64,000 nucleotides of DNA from Thermoplasmata archaeon (GCA_052326445.1 JBKQNC010000013.1:8057-72056), one strand, 5' to 3'; shown: positions 7,924 through 17,368, counted from the stretch's first letter. Translations and numbers: made by a program. The notes: generated by a model from the sequence alone, not told the origin.

Positions 7924-9657
7924 TTGACGTCCCGTCCTCTCGATGCCGACACGTTCCTCAGCGCGGCGGAAGGGGAGCTCTTGGAATCCTCGAAAGAGGC
8001 CTCCCAGGCCGACTGGGTCCACGCCACGTACATCACCGACGACACCGAGGCGCTCGCCGCCCGGGCGAATGCCCGTCTAATGACGGCGAGTCTCCGGCTC
8101 GCCAAGGAGTCGACCCAAGTCCCCAGCGGCGGACTGACGCCGGAGCAGGCGCGGAAGATCCGGCTGCTTCGGTTGAGTCTCCCGCTCGTCGCCCCGTCGG
8201 ACCCGGCCGCGTCGCTCGAATTGGCGAGGATCGTGGCGGAGATGGCGGGGATCTACGCGAAGGGCCGGCACACCCCCCTCGGAGGGTCGGAACCGGTGGA
8301 CCTCCAGTCACTCTCCCGGATCCTGTTGGAAGTGCGGGACCCGGTCCGCCTCGAGGACGCGTGGGTCGGGTGGCACCGCGTCGGCCGACTGATCCGGGAC
8401 CCGTTCATCCGGTACGTCGATCTGGCAAACCGGGGAGCCCGGGAACTGGACTTTCCCGACACAGGCGCGATGTGGCGGGCAAAGTACGACATGGAACCCG
8501 ACGAGTTCTCGGCCGAAGTCGAACGCCTCTGGCAGGAGGTCCGCCCCCTCTACCGTTCGCTCCACGCGTACGTCCGTGGTCGTCTCCGTCAGGTCTACGG
8601 CCCCGATCGCGTCCCCGAGAAGGGGCCCATCCCTGCGCACCTGCTCGGCAACATGTGGGCGCAGTCCTGGGAGGGGATCCTCCCCATCGTGGCGCCCGCC
8701 GGCTCGGACCCGGGGTTCGACCTGACCCGCATCCTGGTCGACCGGGGCACGACCGCGGTGGACATGGTCCGCTACGCCGAACAATTCTTCGTCTCCCTCG
8801 GCCTCCCGAAGCTTCCCCCGTCGTTCTGGGAGCGGTCGATGCTCCTCCGCCCCCGCGACCGCGAGGTCATCTGCCACGCGAGCGCCTGGGACCTCGATTT
8901 CGTCAACGACCTCCGGATCAAGATGTGCATCGAGATCACAGCCGACGATTTCGCCACGATCCACCACGAGCTGGGACACAACTACTACCAGCAGGCCTGC
9001 TCGAAGCAGCCCTTCCTGTTCCGGGAGGGGGCGCACGACGGGTTCCACGAGGCGGTGGGGGACACGATCGCGCTCTCGGTGACGCCGGAATACCTCGTTA
9101 GGGTCGGTCTGCTCGAGACCGCACCTGACCCGAGCCGGGACATCGGGTTCCTCCTCCATCGCGCGCTCGAAAAAGTGGCGTTCCTCCCGTTTGGTCTCCT
9201 CGTCGACCGGTGGCGCTGGGACGTCTTTTCCGGGCGAACGACGCCGGCCGATTACAACCGGACCTGGTGGGAGCTGCGAGAGAAGTATCAGGGGATCGGC
9301 GCGCCCATGCCGCGCTCGGAAGCGGATTTCGACCCCGGAGCGAAGTTCCACGTTCCGTCGAGCGTTCCCTACATGCGCTACTTCCTCGCGCACATCCTCC
9401 AGTTCCAGTTCCACCGGGCGCTGGCGAAGGCGATGGGTTCCTCCGGCCCGCTCCACCGGGTCTCGATCTACGGCTCCCCCGAGGCCGGGGCGCGACTTCG
9501 GGCGATGCTCGAAATGGGCGCCCGCAACGCGTGGCCGGAGGCGCTGGAGGCGATCACCGGCGAGCGACGGATGGACGCGCGCGGCCTGCTGGAGTACTTT
9601 GCGCCGCTCCAGCGCTGGCTGGACGAACAGAACCGCTCCTTCCCCTCGGGATGGTAA
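7924..9657 (+). CDS. M2 family metallopeptidase (angiotensin-converting enzyme / peptidyl-dipeptidase A-like)
   Basis: PAHLLGNMWAQSW, CHASAWD, RIKMC, IHHELGH (HExxH), GFHEAVGD, FDPGAKFHV, PYMRYF; start set at TTG 7924 (ORF open from 7813). Confidence 0.95.
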   Translation: MTSRPLDADTFLSAAEGELLESSKEASQADWVHATYITDDTEALAARANARLMTASLRLAKESTQVPSGGLTPEQARKIRLLRLSLPLVAPSDPAASLELARIVAEMAGIYAKGRHTPLGGSEPVDLQSLSRILLEVRDPVRLEDAWVGWHRVGRLIRDPFIRYVDLANRGARELDFPDTGAMWRAKYDMEPDEFSAEVERLWQEVRPLYRSLHAYVRGRLRQVYGPDRVPEKGPIPAHLLGNMWAQSWEGILPIVAPAGSDPGFDLTRILVDRGTTAVDMVRYAEQFFVSLGLPKLPPSFWERSMLLRPRDREVICHASAWDLDFVNDLRIKMCIEITADDFATIHHELGHNYYQQACSKQPFLFREGAHDGFHEAVGDTIALSVTPEYLVRVGLLETAPDPSRDIGFLLHRALEKVAFLPFGLLVDRWRWDVFSGRTTPADYNRTWWELREKYQGIGAPMPRSEADFDPGAKFHVPSSVPYMRYFLAHILQFQFHRALAKAMGSSGPLHRVSIYGSPEAGARLRAMLEMGARNAWPEALEAITGERRMDARGLLEYFAPLQRWLDEQNRSFPSGW

Positions 9658-9705
9658 CGCGCTCCGCTCCGGCCCTCACCGCGAAGTATTAGCGCCCGGC
9701 CGGCG

Positions 9706-10203
9706 TTGTTCTGGCCGATGCTCTTGGGTCCGGGCGAAGGCGTGCTGCGCAGCGAGTACGCGGTCCTGTTGGAAGGCCACGGTCCCGGCATCGAGGGCCG
9801 CTCGACCGGCGTGCTCTACCTGACCAACCACCGCTGCTTGTTCGAAACGACCGTTTCCCGAGGTATGGTCCACACGCTCGTGCAGGGTCGCGACGCCCTC
9901 ATCCTCCTCGAGGCGCCGCTACCGGCGCTCCGCAACGTGACCGTGAAGCGGCCCCGCCTCGGCAAGCCCCGGATCGTGATCGAGACCGTCCACGCGCGCG
10001 CCTCCTTTGACGTCCTCGACCCGGATGCCTGGTACCGTGCGGTCTCCGAAGCGCGCCAGGCACTTCCCTCGCCCTACGCCCCGCAGAACGCCACCGTCAC
10101 CCACACGATCGAGCGCCAGGTCGTGAAGGTCCGATGCCGGTATTGCGGGAGCCTGGGGAACGAAGTGGACGGCCGTTGCTCCACGTGCGGGGCCGCGCTC
10201 TAG
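9706..10203 (+). CDS. PH/GRAM-like domain protein with C-terminal zinc ribbon
   Basis: GVLYLTNHRCLF (GRAM/bacterial-PH-like), C-terminal CRYCG...CSTCGAAL; start could be ATG 9718. Confidence 0.65.
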   Translation: MFWPMLLGPGEGVLRSEYAVLLEGHGPGIEGRSTGVLYLTNHRCLFETTVSRGMVHTLVQGRDALILLEAPLPALRNVTVKRPRLGKPRIVIETVHARASFDVLDPDAWYRAVSEARQALPSPYAPQNATVTHTIERQVVKVRCRYCGSLGNEVDGRCSTCGAAL

Positions 10204-10237
10204 GTGGGGCCGGCGGCCGAAGTGGCCCCTCGGGGGT

Positions 10238-10888
10238 TCAGTTGTTCCGGTGCGCGGACGGAGTTCCCGGTCGGAGGCGGGCGACCCCGATCGTGGGTCC
10301 GTCCGAAGGCGCCGAGGCGGCTAGGAAGGTCACCCCTGGTCGACCCGAAACGGGGCGCAGGGTCTCGGCGACGGCCGAGAGCAATTCGTACGCCAGGTCC
10401 TCGGCGTCCGCGGAGTCCGTGAGCCCGTGGTCGCCGGTCGTGAAGATGCGCAGGGTGCCCCGGTCGACCCCGAGGAGGACAGTGCCGGTCCCGTCCCGCC
10501 GAGCCCAGGCGAGGAGTCTTCCGCGAGGACGGTCGACCACGCCCATCCAGCGGAGCGAGCCGAACCATCGTCCCGACAAACGGGCGAGCAGCGCGTCGGC
10601 TTCGACCCCCGGCGGGATATCGATTCGCGCGACGGCGTGGAGCTCCGCGTCGGGGCCCGGGACTAGATCGGGATGACGCGTCGACCGGTACCCCTGGTCC
10701 GAACGTTCGATGAGGCCCTCCCGCTCGAGGCGACGTAGGGCGCGGGAGAGGGATTCGGGGTGCGCGCCAAGGGACCGACGGAGGCCGCTGAACGCCATGC
10801 GGCCGTTCATCTCCTCGAGGGCGACGAGCACCCGGACGTCGAGGCGTCCCGACGGCGCGGGCTCCTCCACGACGGGTCGACCGGTCAT
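10238..10888 (-). CDS. Winged-helix DNA-binding protein
   Basis: RMAFSGLRRSLGAHPESLSRALRRLEREGLIER...GY wHTH, followed by an unrecognised C-terminal domain. Confidence 0.75.
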   Translation of the reverse strand: MTGRPVVEEPAPSGRLDVRVLVALEEMNGRMAFSGLRRSLGAHPESLSRALRRLEREGLIERSDQGYRSTRHPDLVPGPDAELHAVARIDIPPGVEADALLARLSGRWFGSLRWMGVVDRPRGRLLAWARRDGTGTVLLGVDRGTLRIFTTGDHGLTDSADAEDLAYELLSAVAETLRPVSGRPGVTFLAASAPSDGPTIGVARLRPGTPSAHRNN

Positions 10889-11053
10889 GGAACGGAGCAC
10901 CCGCCCGAGGGATTTAGACCGTCGGTGAGCCCGCGGTAACCAAGTGACCCGACCGGACGCGCTGTCTCCGGTGTGACTGAACCCCCGGTGACCCGCTCAA
11001 TAACCCCCTCTCGGCCCTGCTCTCTTCGGAACCTTGAGTTCCGGGGAAAAAAC

Positions 11054-11305
11054 ATGCACGACGACCAAGAGGGATACGGACCGGGGACCTTCAACGGGCC
11101 CTGGATGTGGACGGCCTACCGAGCGTATAACGAGCTCCTTCGGGAGAAGCTGAAGAAGAAGTTCGACGCGCAGGAGGGGCCGTGGATGGACAAGGTCGCG
11201 GACGTCCTGGTCCAGATCGTCAACGCGCGCTGGGAAGGCGGCCGCCAGAAGGAGAAGGAGCAGGAGGAGCTCTTCGAGCGACTCGAGAAGCTCCTGTCGG
11301 AGTAG
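11054..11305 (+). CDS. Small helical hypothetical protein (83 aa)
   Basis: ATG after an A-rich stretch; GC3-rich codon usage; charged amphipathic helices. Confidence 0.7.
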   Translation: MHDDQEGYGPGTFNGPWMWTAYRAYNELLREKLKKKFDAQEGPWMDKVADVLVQIVNARWEGGRQKEKEQEELFERLEKLLSE

Positions 11306-11559
11306 GTCGATGGAAGCCCCCATCCCCCTCTCCCCGGGTCCGGCCGGACCGCCGGTCGGGCCCGAGCCCTCCCTGCCCTGGCCCGGTTCCGGATGAGGAG
11401 GGGGTCGAGGCGGCCGGCCGTGACCGAGAGCGAGCTCTCGGCGTGGCTTGGTCGCCTCGATGTACCCCACCGGCCGATCGGAGCCGGTCCGGCGGCTCGG
11501 GAAATCGGGCCGTCCGAGTTCCTTAAGGGCCGGGGGGTCCTTCCGGTGCGGAGCCCCCC

Positions 11560-12015
11560 ATGACCGTCGAGTTCGAGTTCAAGAAGAGCCCTGCCTACCG
11601 GGTCGCCTACGTCTCGTGGAAGGGACCCTGGAGCGACGCGAAGATCCATGCCCAGTTCCGAAAGGTCGAGAAGTGGGCCAAGGACCACGGATACCCGACC
11701 GGCCGCTGGATCTTCCGCGAGCCGGGCGAGCGAACCTGGGAGACCGGGATCGAGGTCCGCGGCGCGTCCGTCCACAGCCATCCCCCGATCCGGTTGAAGA
11801 CCCTCGCGGCCGGTCGGGTCGCGCGCGTCGTGTTCGACCCGAAGGTGGTCTCTCCGGAGGTCGTCTATCACGGACTCAACGACTGGCTCCGCTGGCGCAA
11901 GAAGGATGGAAAGATCCGGTCGGTCGTCTCGTACCGGGAAGTCTACCTCGGCGACCCGTGGGCCGACCCCAAAGCCCTGGCGAAGACCGAGGTCCAGTTC
12001 GTCGTGCGGCCGTAG
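11560..12015 (+). CDS. Stand-alone GyrI-like small-molecule-binding protein
   Basis: RVAYVSWKGPW...GRVARVVF...VYHGLNDWL...YREVYLGDP pattern; TATA-like CTTAAG at about 11522. Confidence 0.75.
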   Translation: MTVEFEFKKSPAYRVAYVSWKGPWSDAKIHAQFRKVEKWAKDHGYPTGRWIFREPGERTWETGIEVRGASVHSHPPIRLKTLAAGRVARVVFDPKVVSPEVVYHGLNDWLRWRKKDGKIRSVVSYREVYLGDPWADPKALAKTEVQFVVRP

Positions 12016-12102
12016 GTCGCACGGGCCGGCCCGGTCCCGAGAGGTTTTCCCACCGGGCGCGTCCCCGCCGGGGCGGCAGGGTCGTCCTGCCCGAGGCCGG
12101 TC

Positions 12103-12693
12103 GTGTCGATCGCGTACCTGGTCCTGGTCGGCTTGGCCCTCGGGTTCACGCTCACGATCCCGCCGGGACCGATGAATGCCCTCATCGCCGTCCGTTCGGT
12201 CCGGTCGCTTCGGGCGGGCATCACCACGGGATTCGGTGCGATGACCGCGGACCTCGTGCTCGGCATCCTGGTCTACCTTCTCCACTCCCTCGTGAACCTG
12301 AGCCCCGTCGTGCGATGGGTCGAGGCGGGAGGCGCCGTCGTGATGGCGCTCTTCGCTTACCGGGTGCTCACCCGCGATGCCCAGGCAGCGCCGCCGGACC
12401 CGGGTCCGGACGTTCAAGTCTTCTCCGCCGCGTTGCTCGTCGGGGTGACGAACCCGTTCCAGGTGATCTGGTGGCTGACCGCGGGGCTCGCGGTCGCGTA
12501 CCTGGGCGGAGCCTGGCTCCTCGGGGGCGTGTTCGCGGCGATCACGGTGTGGGTCCTCGTCTTCCCGTACACGCTCTACCACGGCGCCCGCCGGTCACCC
12601 CGGTTCCCTCAGGCGGTCGCGATTGTCTCGGGTCTCATGCTCGCAGGCTTTGCCGCGTATTTCGCCCTCGCCGCGTCCGGCGTAGCGATCTAG
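12103..12693 (+). CDS. LysE family translocator
   Basis: LTIPPGPMNALI, GAMTAD, VTNPFQVIWW, six TM helices. Confidence 0.9.
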   Translation: MSIAYLVLVGLALGFTLTIPPGPMNALIAVRSVRSLRAGITTGFGAMTADLVLGILVYLLHSLVNLSPVVRWVEAGGAVVMALFAYRVLTRDAQAAPPDPGPDVQVFSAALLVGVTNPFQVIWWLTAGLAVAYLGGAWLLGGVFAAITVWVLVFPYTLYHGARRSPRFPQAVAIVSGLMLAGFAAYFALAASGVAI

Positions 12694-12714
12694 GGATAGC
12701 GGAGATCCCGTCGG

Positions 12715-13281
12715 TCACGCCCGAAGCCGGTCGGTGTACTGCTTCCGCAGTTTCGCGACCTTGGGTGCGATCACGAACTGGCAATATGCCTGGGCCGGGT
12801 TCTTCGCGAAATAATTGTGGTGATACTCTTCCGCGGGGTAGAACGCAACGAGCGGCACGAGCTCGGTGACGATCTTCGCCCGCCAGAGCTTCTGCGAGTC
12901 CAACGAGCGCACGACCTCCTCGGCGATTCCCCGCTGGGCCTCGTTCTGGTAGAGGATGATCGAACGGTACTGTGAGCCGACGTCCGCCCCCTGACGATTC
13001 TTGGTCGTCGGGTCGTGGGTCGTCATGAAGATCGTCAGGAGGTCGCGGTACGGCAGGATCGTCGGGTCGAACGTGATCTGGACGACCTCGGCGTGGCCGG
13101 TCCGGCCCCCGCACACCTGTTCGTAGGTCGGGTTCGGAGCGGCGCCCCCCGCGTACCCGGGCGTCACACGGAGAACCCCTTTCAGCTCGGAGAAGACGGC
13201 CTCCGTGCACCAGAAGCAGCCGCCCCCCACCGTGGCGACCGACGAAATGGACGAAGGACCCGGATTCGACGAGGCGGTCAT
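12715..13281 (-). CDS. msrA: Peptide-methionine (S)-S-oxide reductase
   Basis: GGGCFWCTEAVF, GYAGG, GHAEVVQITFDP, FYPAEEYHHNYF, YCQFVI; ATG 13281 overlaps the upstream stop. Confidence 0.97.
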   Translation of the reverse strand: MTASSNPGPSSISSVATVGGGCFWCTEAVFSELKGVLRVTPGYAGGAAPNPTYEQVCGGRTGHAEVVQITFDPTILPYRDLLTIFMTTHDPTTKNRQGADVGSQYRSIILYQNEAQRGIAEEVVRSLDSQKLWRAKIVTELVPLVAFYPAEEYHHNYFAKNPAQAYCQFVIAPKVAKLRKQYTDRLRA

Positions 13282-13952
13282 ACCGTGGTTCGATTCCGCG
13301 GGGGCGGATGAGGCTGTCTGTGGGCGCGCGTGGGAACCGGAGCTCGTCGCCGTGACTCGAAGGCCCCCAGCCAGGCACGACCCGGCAGAGGTAGGTTCCG
13401 TGTTTCGAAGTCGGCCGCGCGGATCCACCGCTCCCGGAGCAGTTCCCCGAAGGTCGAACGAAGTTCCGCCTGCGTGACCCGCCGTGGACCGCCCCAATCG
13501 GTCGGCTCGTGCTCGGAAAAGCAGAGGACGAAGAATCGTCCCCCCGGACGTAATGCGGCGGCGACCCCGGCCGCGTAGACCGGTCGGTGGGGGTCGAGAA
13601 ACGTGTGGAAGAGGCCACAATCGATCAGGGTGTCGAACGTTTCCGCGAGCGCGGTGAGTTCGAGGGCACTCGCCACTTCGAACCGGACCGGGACCCCCGG
13701 TGGGTGGTCCTTGGCTCGCGCCTTGTCGATGGCCCTCGGGGCGAAATCGACCCCCCAGGTCTCGTGGCCCCGGCCAGCCAGGTAGAATGCGTTCTCGCCC
13801 GTGCCGCAGCCGAGGTCGAGCACGCGTCCCCGGACCTCCCCGGCTTCCTCGAGCCGAACGATCTCTCCCTGGGGCCGTCCGACGTCCCAGAGCGGGGTGC
13901 CCTCGTACTCCCGGTCGAAGAAGTGCACGGGTCCGGGAGGGGCCCGGGCCAA
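13278..13952 (-). CDS. Class I SAM-dependent methyltransferase (TPMT/TehB-like)
   Basis: PLWDVGRPQ, VLDLGCGTGENA, FDTLIDCGLFH, LRPGGRFFVLCFS. Confidence 0.9.
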   Translation of the reverse strand: MARAPPGPVHFFDREYEGTPLWDVGRPQGEIVRLEEAGEVRGRVLDLGCGTGENAFYLAGRGHETWGVDFAPRAIDKARAKDHPPGVPVRFEVASALELTALAETFDTLIDCGLFHTFLDPHRPVYAAGVAAALRPGGRFFVLCFSEHEPTDWGGPRRVTQAELRSTFGELLRERWIRAADFETRNLPLPGRAWLGAFESRRRAPVPTRAHRQPHPPPRNRTTV

Positions 13953-14033
13953 AATAACCGTCGTGCGAGGCCCCGAGCGACCGCGCGTGCGCGACGGCCC
14001 TTATCCCCGCGAGCGGCTCCATCCCGTTCACCG

Positions 14034-14759
14034 ATGTCCGCCTCTCCAGTGGCCCCGCGGGCCGAGGACACGAAGGGCGCTGGTCGTCTCGCGTTGGGCG
14101 GGGGGATCGGTCTGGCCGCCGCCATCATCACGCTCGTCCTTCCATCGATCTTCCTCTGGCTGTCGGTGTACTCGCCCGGCGGGTTCTTCACTCTCGGGAG
14201 CACCATCGTCGAGACGCTCTCGATCCTGGTCCTAGTCGGGGCCATCCTGTTCCTGCTGTGCCTGTTCACCTACCGGCTCGCGTTCGGGGCCCTTCGGAAG
14301 GTCGACCCGAGATTCACGGCCGCTTCCGTGCTCTGCCTCCTGGGATCTCTCGGGTTCCTCTTGTTGGTGGTGGCGGCGGCGCTCCTGCTCGGTTCCACGA
14401 GCTCACTCATCCAGTGCATCCACGGGCAACCCTCGCACGCGCTCTCGTGCCTCAAGTCCTCGTCGCCCCTCGGGGCGTACACCGCGCTCGCCGGCTTCTG
14501 GCTCGGCTGGCTCGGCGGGGTCGGGATCGTGGCTGGGCTCAGCCTCGCAGGCCACCGGTTCGCGCGCGGCTCCCTCTATGGAGGTGCGACCTTCTACGCG
14601 CTGCTCCTGGTAGTGCTGGTCGGCCCTTTCCTGACGCTGATCTATCCAGTCCCCGGGGGAGAGTATCTCCTCCTCGTGGCTCCCGCGCTGGCCATCCTCG
14701 CTCCCGCGTTCGTCCTGGCGGGTAGCAACACGCCCCCGGCGAGCGTGCGCCGAGCGTAG
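14034..14759 (+). CDS. Hypothetical multi-pass membrane protein
   Basis: ATG 14034; about six hydrophobic helices. Confidence 0.7.
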   Translation: MSASPVAPRAEDTKGAGRLALGGGIGLAAAIITLVLPSIFLWLSVYSPGGFFTLGSTIVETLSILVLVGAILFLLCLFTYRLAFGALRKVDPRFTAASVLCLLGSLGFLLLVVAAALLLGSTSSLIQCIHGQPSHALSCLKSSSPLGAYTALAGFWLGWLGGVGIVAGLSLAGHRFARGSLYGGATFYALLLVVLVGPFLTLIYPVPGGEYLLLVAPALAILAPAFVLAGSNTPPASVRRA

Positions 14760-14825
14760 CGCCCCGCGGTCGGGACGACGGCGTTCCTCCCCGAACCCTC
14801 ATCAACCAAGCCCCCTTGCGGACGC

Positions 14826-15455
14826 ATGGCCGAATCCGCCCAGCTCTACTACCTCCCGATCAGCCACTACTGCGTCTCCGCCGAACGCATGCTGGCGTTC
14901 AAAGGAATTCCCACGAAGCGGGTCTACGCCGCGTATCACGACCGTCAGGAGTTGGTGCGCCGAACGGGACAGGATTACGTCCCGACCCTGATCTGGAAGG
15001 GTAAGGCCGTCACGTGGGCGGCCATCCCGGAGTTCCTCGACCGGATTCGCCCCGACCCACCGCTCCTCCCGTCGGGGCAAGCGGGACTGGCCCGAACCCT
15101 CGAGAACTGGGGTCACCAGGTATTGGAGGAGCGGGTCTGGCGGGCAGTCGTCACGCAGGCACCGAAGATGTTGCGTTCGGATGCGGAGCGTTGGGTCTTC
15201 GAGGAGATGCAGACCCGGGCCCGGGGTCCCTGGAAGGTCCTCGAGGCCCGTCGTCCCGAGTTCGTGAAGGAGTTGCTCGACTACTTCGGTCTGGTCGACG
15301 AGATGCTGCGGGGCCGTACGTGGCTGCTCGACCAGCCTTCCCTCGCCGATTTCGGGGTCTACGGGGGGCTCTCTCCCTGGCTCACCGTCGGGGAGAAGAT
15401 CCCTGCTCGATTCCGCGCCCTTCGTGCCTGGGCGACCCGGGTCGAGGGCATCTAA
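14826..15455 (+). CDS. Glutathione S-transferase family protein
   Basis: LYYLPISHYC, GQDYVPTL (cis-Pro), C-terminal WLLDQPSLADFGVYG and LRAWATRV. Confidence 0.85.
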   Translation: MAESAQLYYLPISHYCVSAERMLAFKGIPTKRVYAAYHDRQELVRRTGQDYVPTLIWKGKAVTWAAIPEFLDRIRPDPPLLPSGQAGLARTLENWGHQVLEERVWRAVVTQAPKMLRSDAERWVFEEMQTRARGPWKVLEARRPEFVKELLDYFGLVDEMLRGRTWLLDQPSLADFGVYGGLSPWLTVGEKIPARFRALRAWATRVEGI

Positions 15456-15473
15456 CCCGACCTCCGGGGACGC

Positions 15474-15668
15474 CTACTCGAGAAGCACGACCTCAGCGGC
15501 GGGCGCCACGAACGCGTGGGCCCGATGCGAACCATCACAGAACGGCTTGGTGGCCGAGTGGCCGCACCGGCAGAGGTCGGCGACGACCTTACCGTCCACG
15601 AAGACCAGGTTCGACTTGTTCTCGCGCGCTTGGATCCAGACCTTCGGCATGGGTTCAGCCACCCTCAT
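15474..15668 (-). CDS. CDGSH iron-sulfur domain protein
   Basis: LCRCGHSATKPFCDGSH; start could be ATG 15650. Confidence 0.93.
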   Translation of the reverse strand: MRVAEPMPKVWIQARENKSNLVFVDGKVVADLCRCGHSATKPFCDGSHRAHAFVAPAAEVVLLE

Positions 15669-15760
15669 CCCTCGGGGCGTAAAGAGGGCACGATGGCGTC
15701 CGGGTAACCGACGCGCCGTCGCTTATGTGCCCGTGCGCCTCGAAGGCATTAGGCACGGCC

Positions 15761-16405
15761 ATGAAAGTAGGCATCTTGGGTTCGGGAGACGTCGCGAAGG
15801 CCCTTGCCGCCGGCTTCCTCGCCACCGGACACACCGTTCGTCTGGGGTCGAGGACTCCGGAGAGCGAGGGGCTGCTCGACTGGAAGAAGAAGGCTGGAGC
15901 CACCGCTTCGACCGGCACGTTCGCCGACACGGCCGAGTGGGGCGAGCTGCTCGTCCTCGCCACCCGGGGTGTGGAGAACGCCAACACGCTCCGTCTCGCG
16001 GGCCCAAAGCACTTCGTCGGTAAGGTGGTCATTGACGTCACCAACCCCCTCATCATGGCCCCGAACGCTCCTCCGACCATGTCGGTGGGGCACACTGACT
16101 CGGCGGGCGAGGGTGTGCAGCGGCTGCTCCCCGGAGCCAAGGTCGTGAAGGCCTTCAACTCGGTCGGAAACTCGCTCATGTTCCGGCCCCAGCTCCCCGG
16201 CGGACCGCCCACGATGTTCTACTGTGGGAACGACGACGGCGCGAAGCGCCAGGTGGCCGAGATCCTGACGGCCTTTGGATGGGAGTCGATCGACGTGGGC
16301 GGGATCGAGTCGTCCCGGTTCGTGGAGAAGCTCTGCCTCCTGTGGGTTACCTCCGCGATGCGACTCGGGAACTGGAACGTCGCGTTCAAGGTGCTTCGGA
16401 AGTAG
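15761..16405 (+). CDS. NADPH-dependent F420 reductase family (F420_oxidored) oxidoreductase
   Basis: MKVGILGSGDVA, GKVVIDVTNPL, SAGE, VVKAFNSV, CGNDDGAK. Confidence 0.88.
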   Translation: MKVGILGSGDVAKALAAGFLATGHTVRLGSRTPESEGLLDWKKKAGATASTGTFADTAEWGELLVLATRGVENANTLRLAGPKHFVGKVVIDVTNPLIMAPNAPPTMSVGHTDSAGEGVQRLLPGAKVVKAFNSVGNSLMFRPQLPGGPPTMFYCGNDDGAKRQVAEILTAFGWESIDVGGIESSRFVEKLCLLWVTSAMRLGNWNVAFKVLRK

Positions 16406-16546
16406 AACCTCCTCGAGGACGGGGTCGGTCGGCGAAGGCCTGCCGACCCGAAACCGACCACAGAGGGGGGGGGGCCACCCGTCGGACGTTCCCATAGGAG
16501 GGCGCGTTCCTGGACCCGATCCCACCCGGAAGACACGGGGGTCAGT

Positions 16547-17140
16547 TCAGGTCAGGATGATCCACAACGCACCGTTGTAGTTCGAGTTGGGCAAGTTCAG
16601 GGTGAAGTTCAGGAAGTTCGTGACGTTCACTGGTGTGATGAGCGGAACGTTGGCATCCGAGATACTGAACCCCGAGGTGTTCGTCGTGATCGTGTGGATC
16701 ACACATGCACTCGTGCCGCCTCCGGTGGTATTGTTGCCGTAGTTGTAGTAGCTGAAGGCGAGCGAGCTGCCCAACGGCTCGTTGAACCCGACGTCGGTGA
16801 GCCCGTTCCACCCGCAGGTGTTGTCGGGGGAGACGTAGTTGATGATCGTCACGTTCACCGATTGGCTCGAGCCCACGTAGAGAAGCGCGAGCACCCCCAC
16901 AAGGATGATGACGACGACGATGACCACGATGATCCGGGCACCGGTTCGGCGACGAGCCGGAGGGGTGGGAGCAGCCATGGGGGCGGCGGCGGGAGCCCAG
17001 GTAGGCTGGAACGTGGGGGTGGAAGCACTCTGCAGCGGGGCGGAGCCCGCCGCCGTGGCCACCGGCGTTCCACAGTACTGACAGAACACCGCGCCGGCGG
17101 GGATTTCTGCCCCACATTTCATGCAGAAACGCGCCGACAT
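16547..17140 (-). CDS. Zinc-ribbon / TM / extracellular beta-domain protein
   Basis: N-terminal FCMKCG...FCQYCG, Pro/Ala linker, single TM, Asn/Thr-rich C-terminal domain. Confidence 0.8.
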   Translation of the reverse strand: MSARFCMKCGAEIPAGAVFCQYCGTPVATAAGSAPLQSASTPTFQPTWAPAAAPMAAPTPPARRRTGARIIVVIVVVIILVGVLALLYVGSSQSVNVTIINYVSPDNTCGWNGLTDVGFNEPLGSSLAFSYYNYGNNTTGGGTSACVIHTITTNTSGFSISDANVPLITPVNVTNFLNFTLNLPNSNYNGALWIILT

Positions 17141-17368
17141 GTCGAGTTCCGAGAGGCGGGGGGTACTTAGGTCCGGCGGGGGTAGGCCCCCGGAGTCGCG
17201 TCACATGTACCTCGGAGTCAGGGTAGGAATCTGTCGGAAATGCGCTTCCTGTCGTTCGAAAAGGACTATACCTAGGAGCCGGAGTCCGATGTATGAACCC
17301 GCCCATGAACGGCCGCTCCATCCACTGGCTCCGGGACGCGGCGAGGTGCATCGGTTACGACGGATGAA

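Noticed and set aside
11420-11563. 47-codon GTG ORF overlapping the GyrI-like start (ATGA)
   Set aside because: It runs through the likely TATA box (CTTAAG) of the GyrI-like gene and has no recognisable features
12715-13281. Selenocysteine or pyrrolysine recoding in MsrA/MsrB or the methyltransferases
   Set aside because: The Msr catalytic positions are ordinary Cys codons and no in-frame stop interrupts a conserved domain
16422-16460. GC-rich hairpin(s) after the F420-reductase-like gene as an ncRNA
   Set aside because: Short stems between convergent genes; consistent with a terminator or chance at high GC
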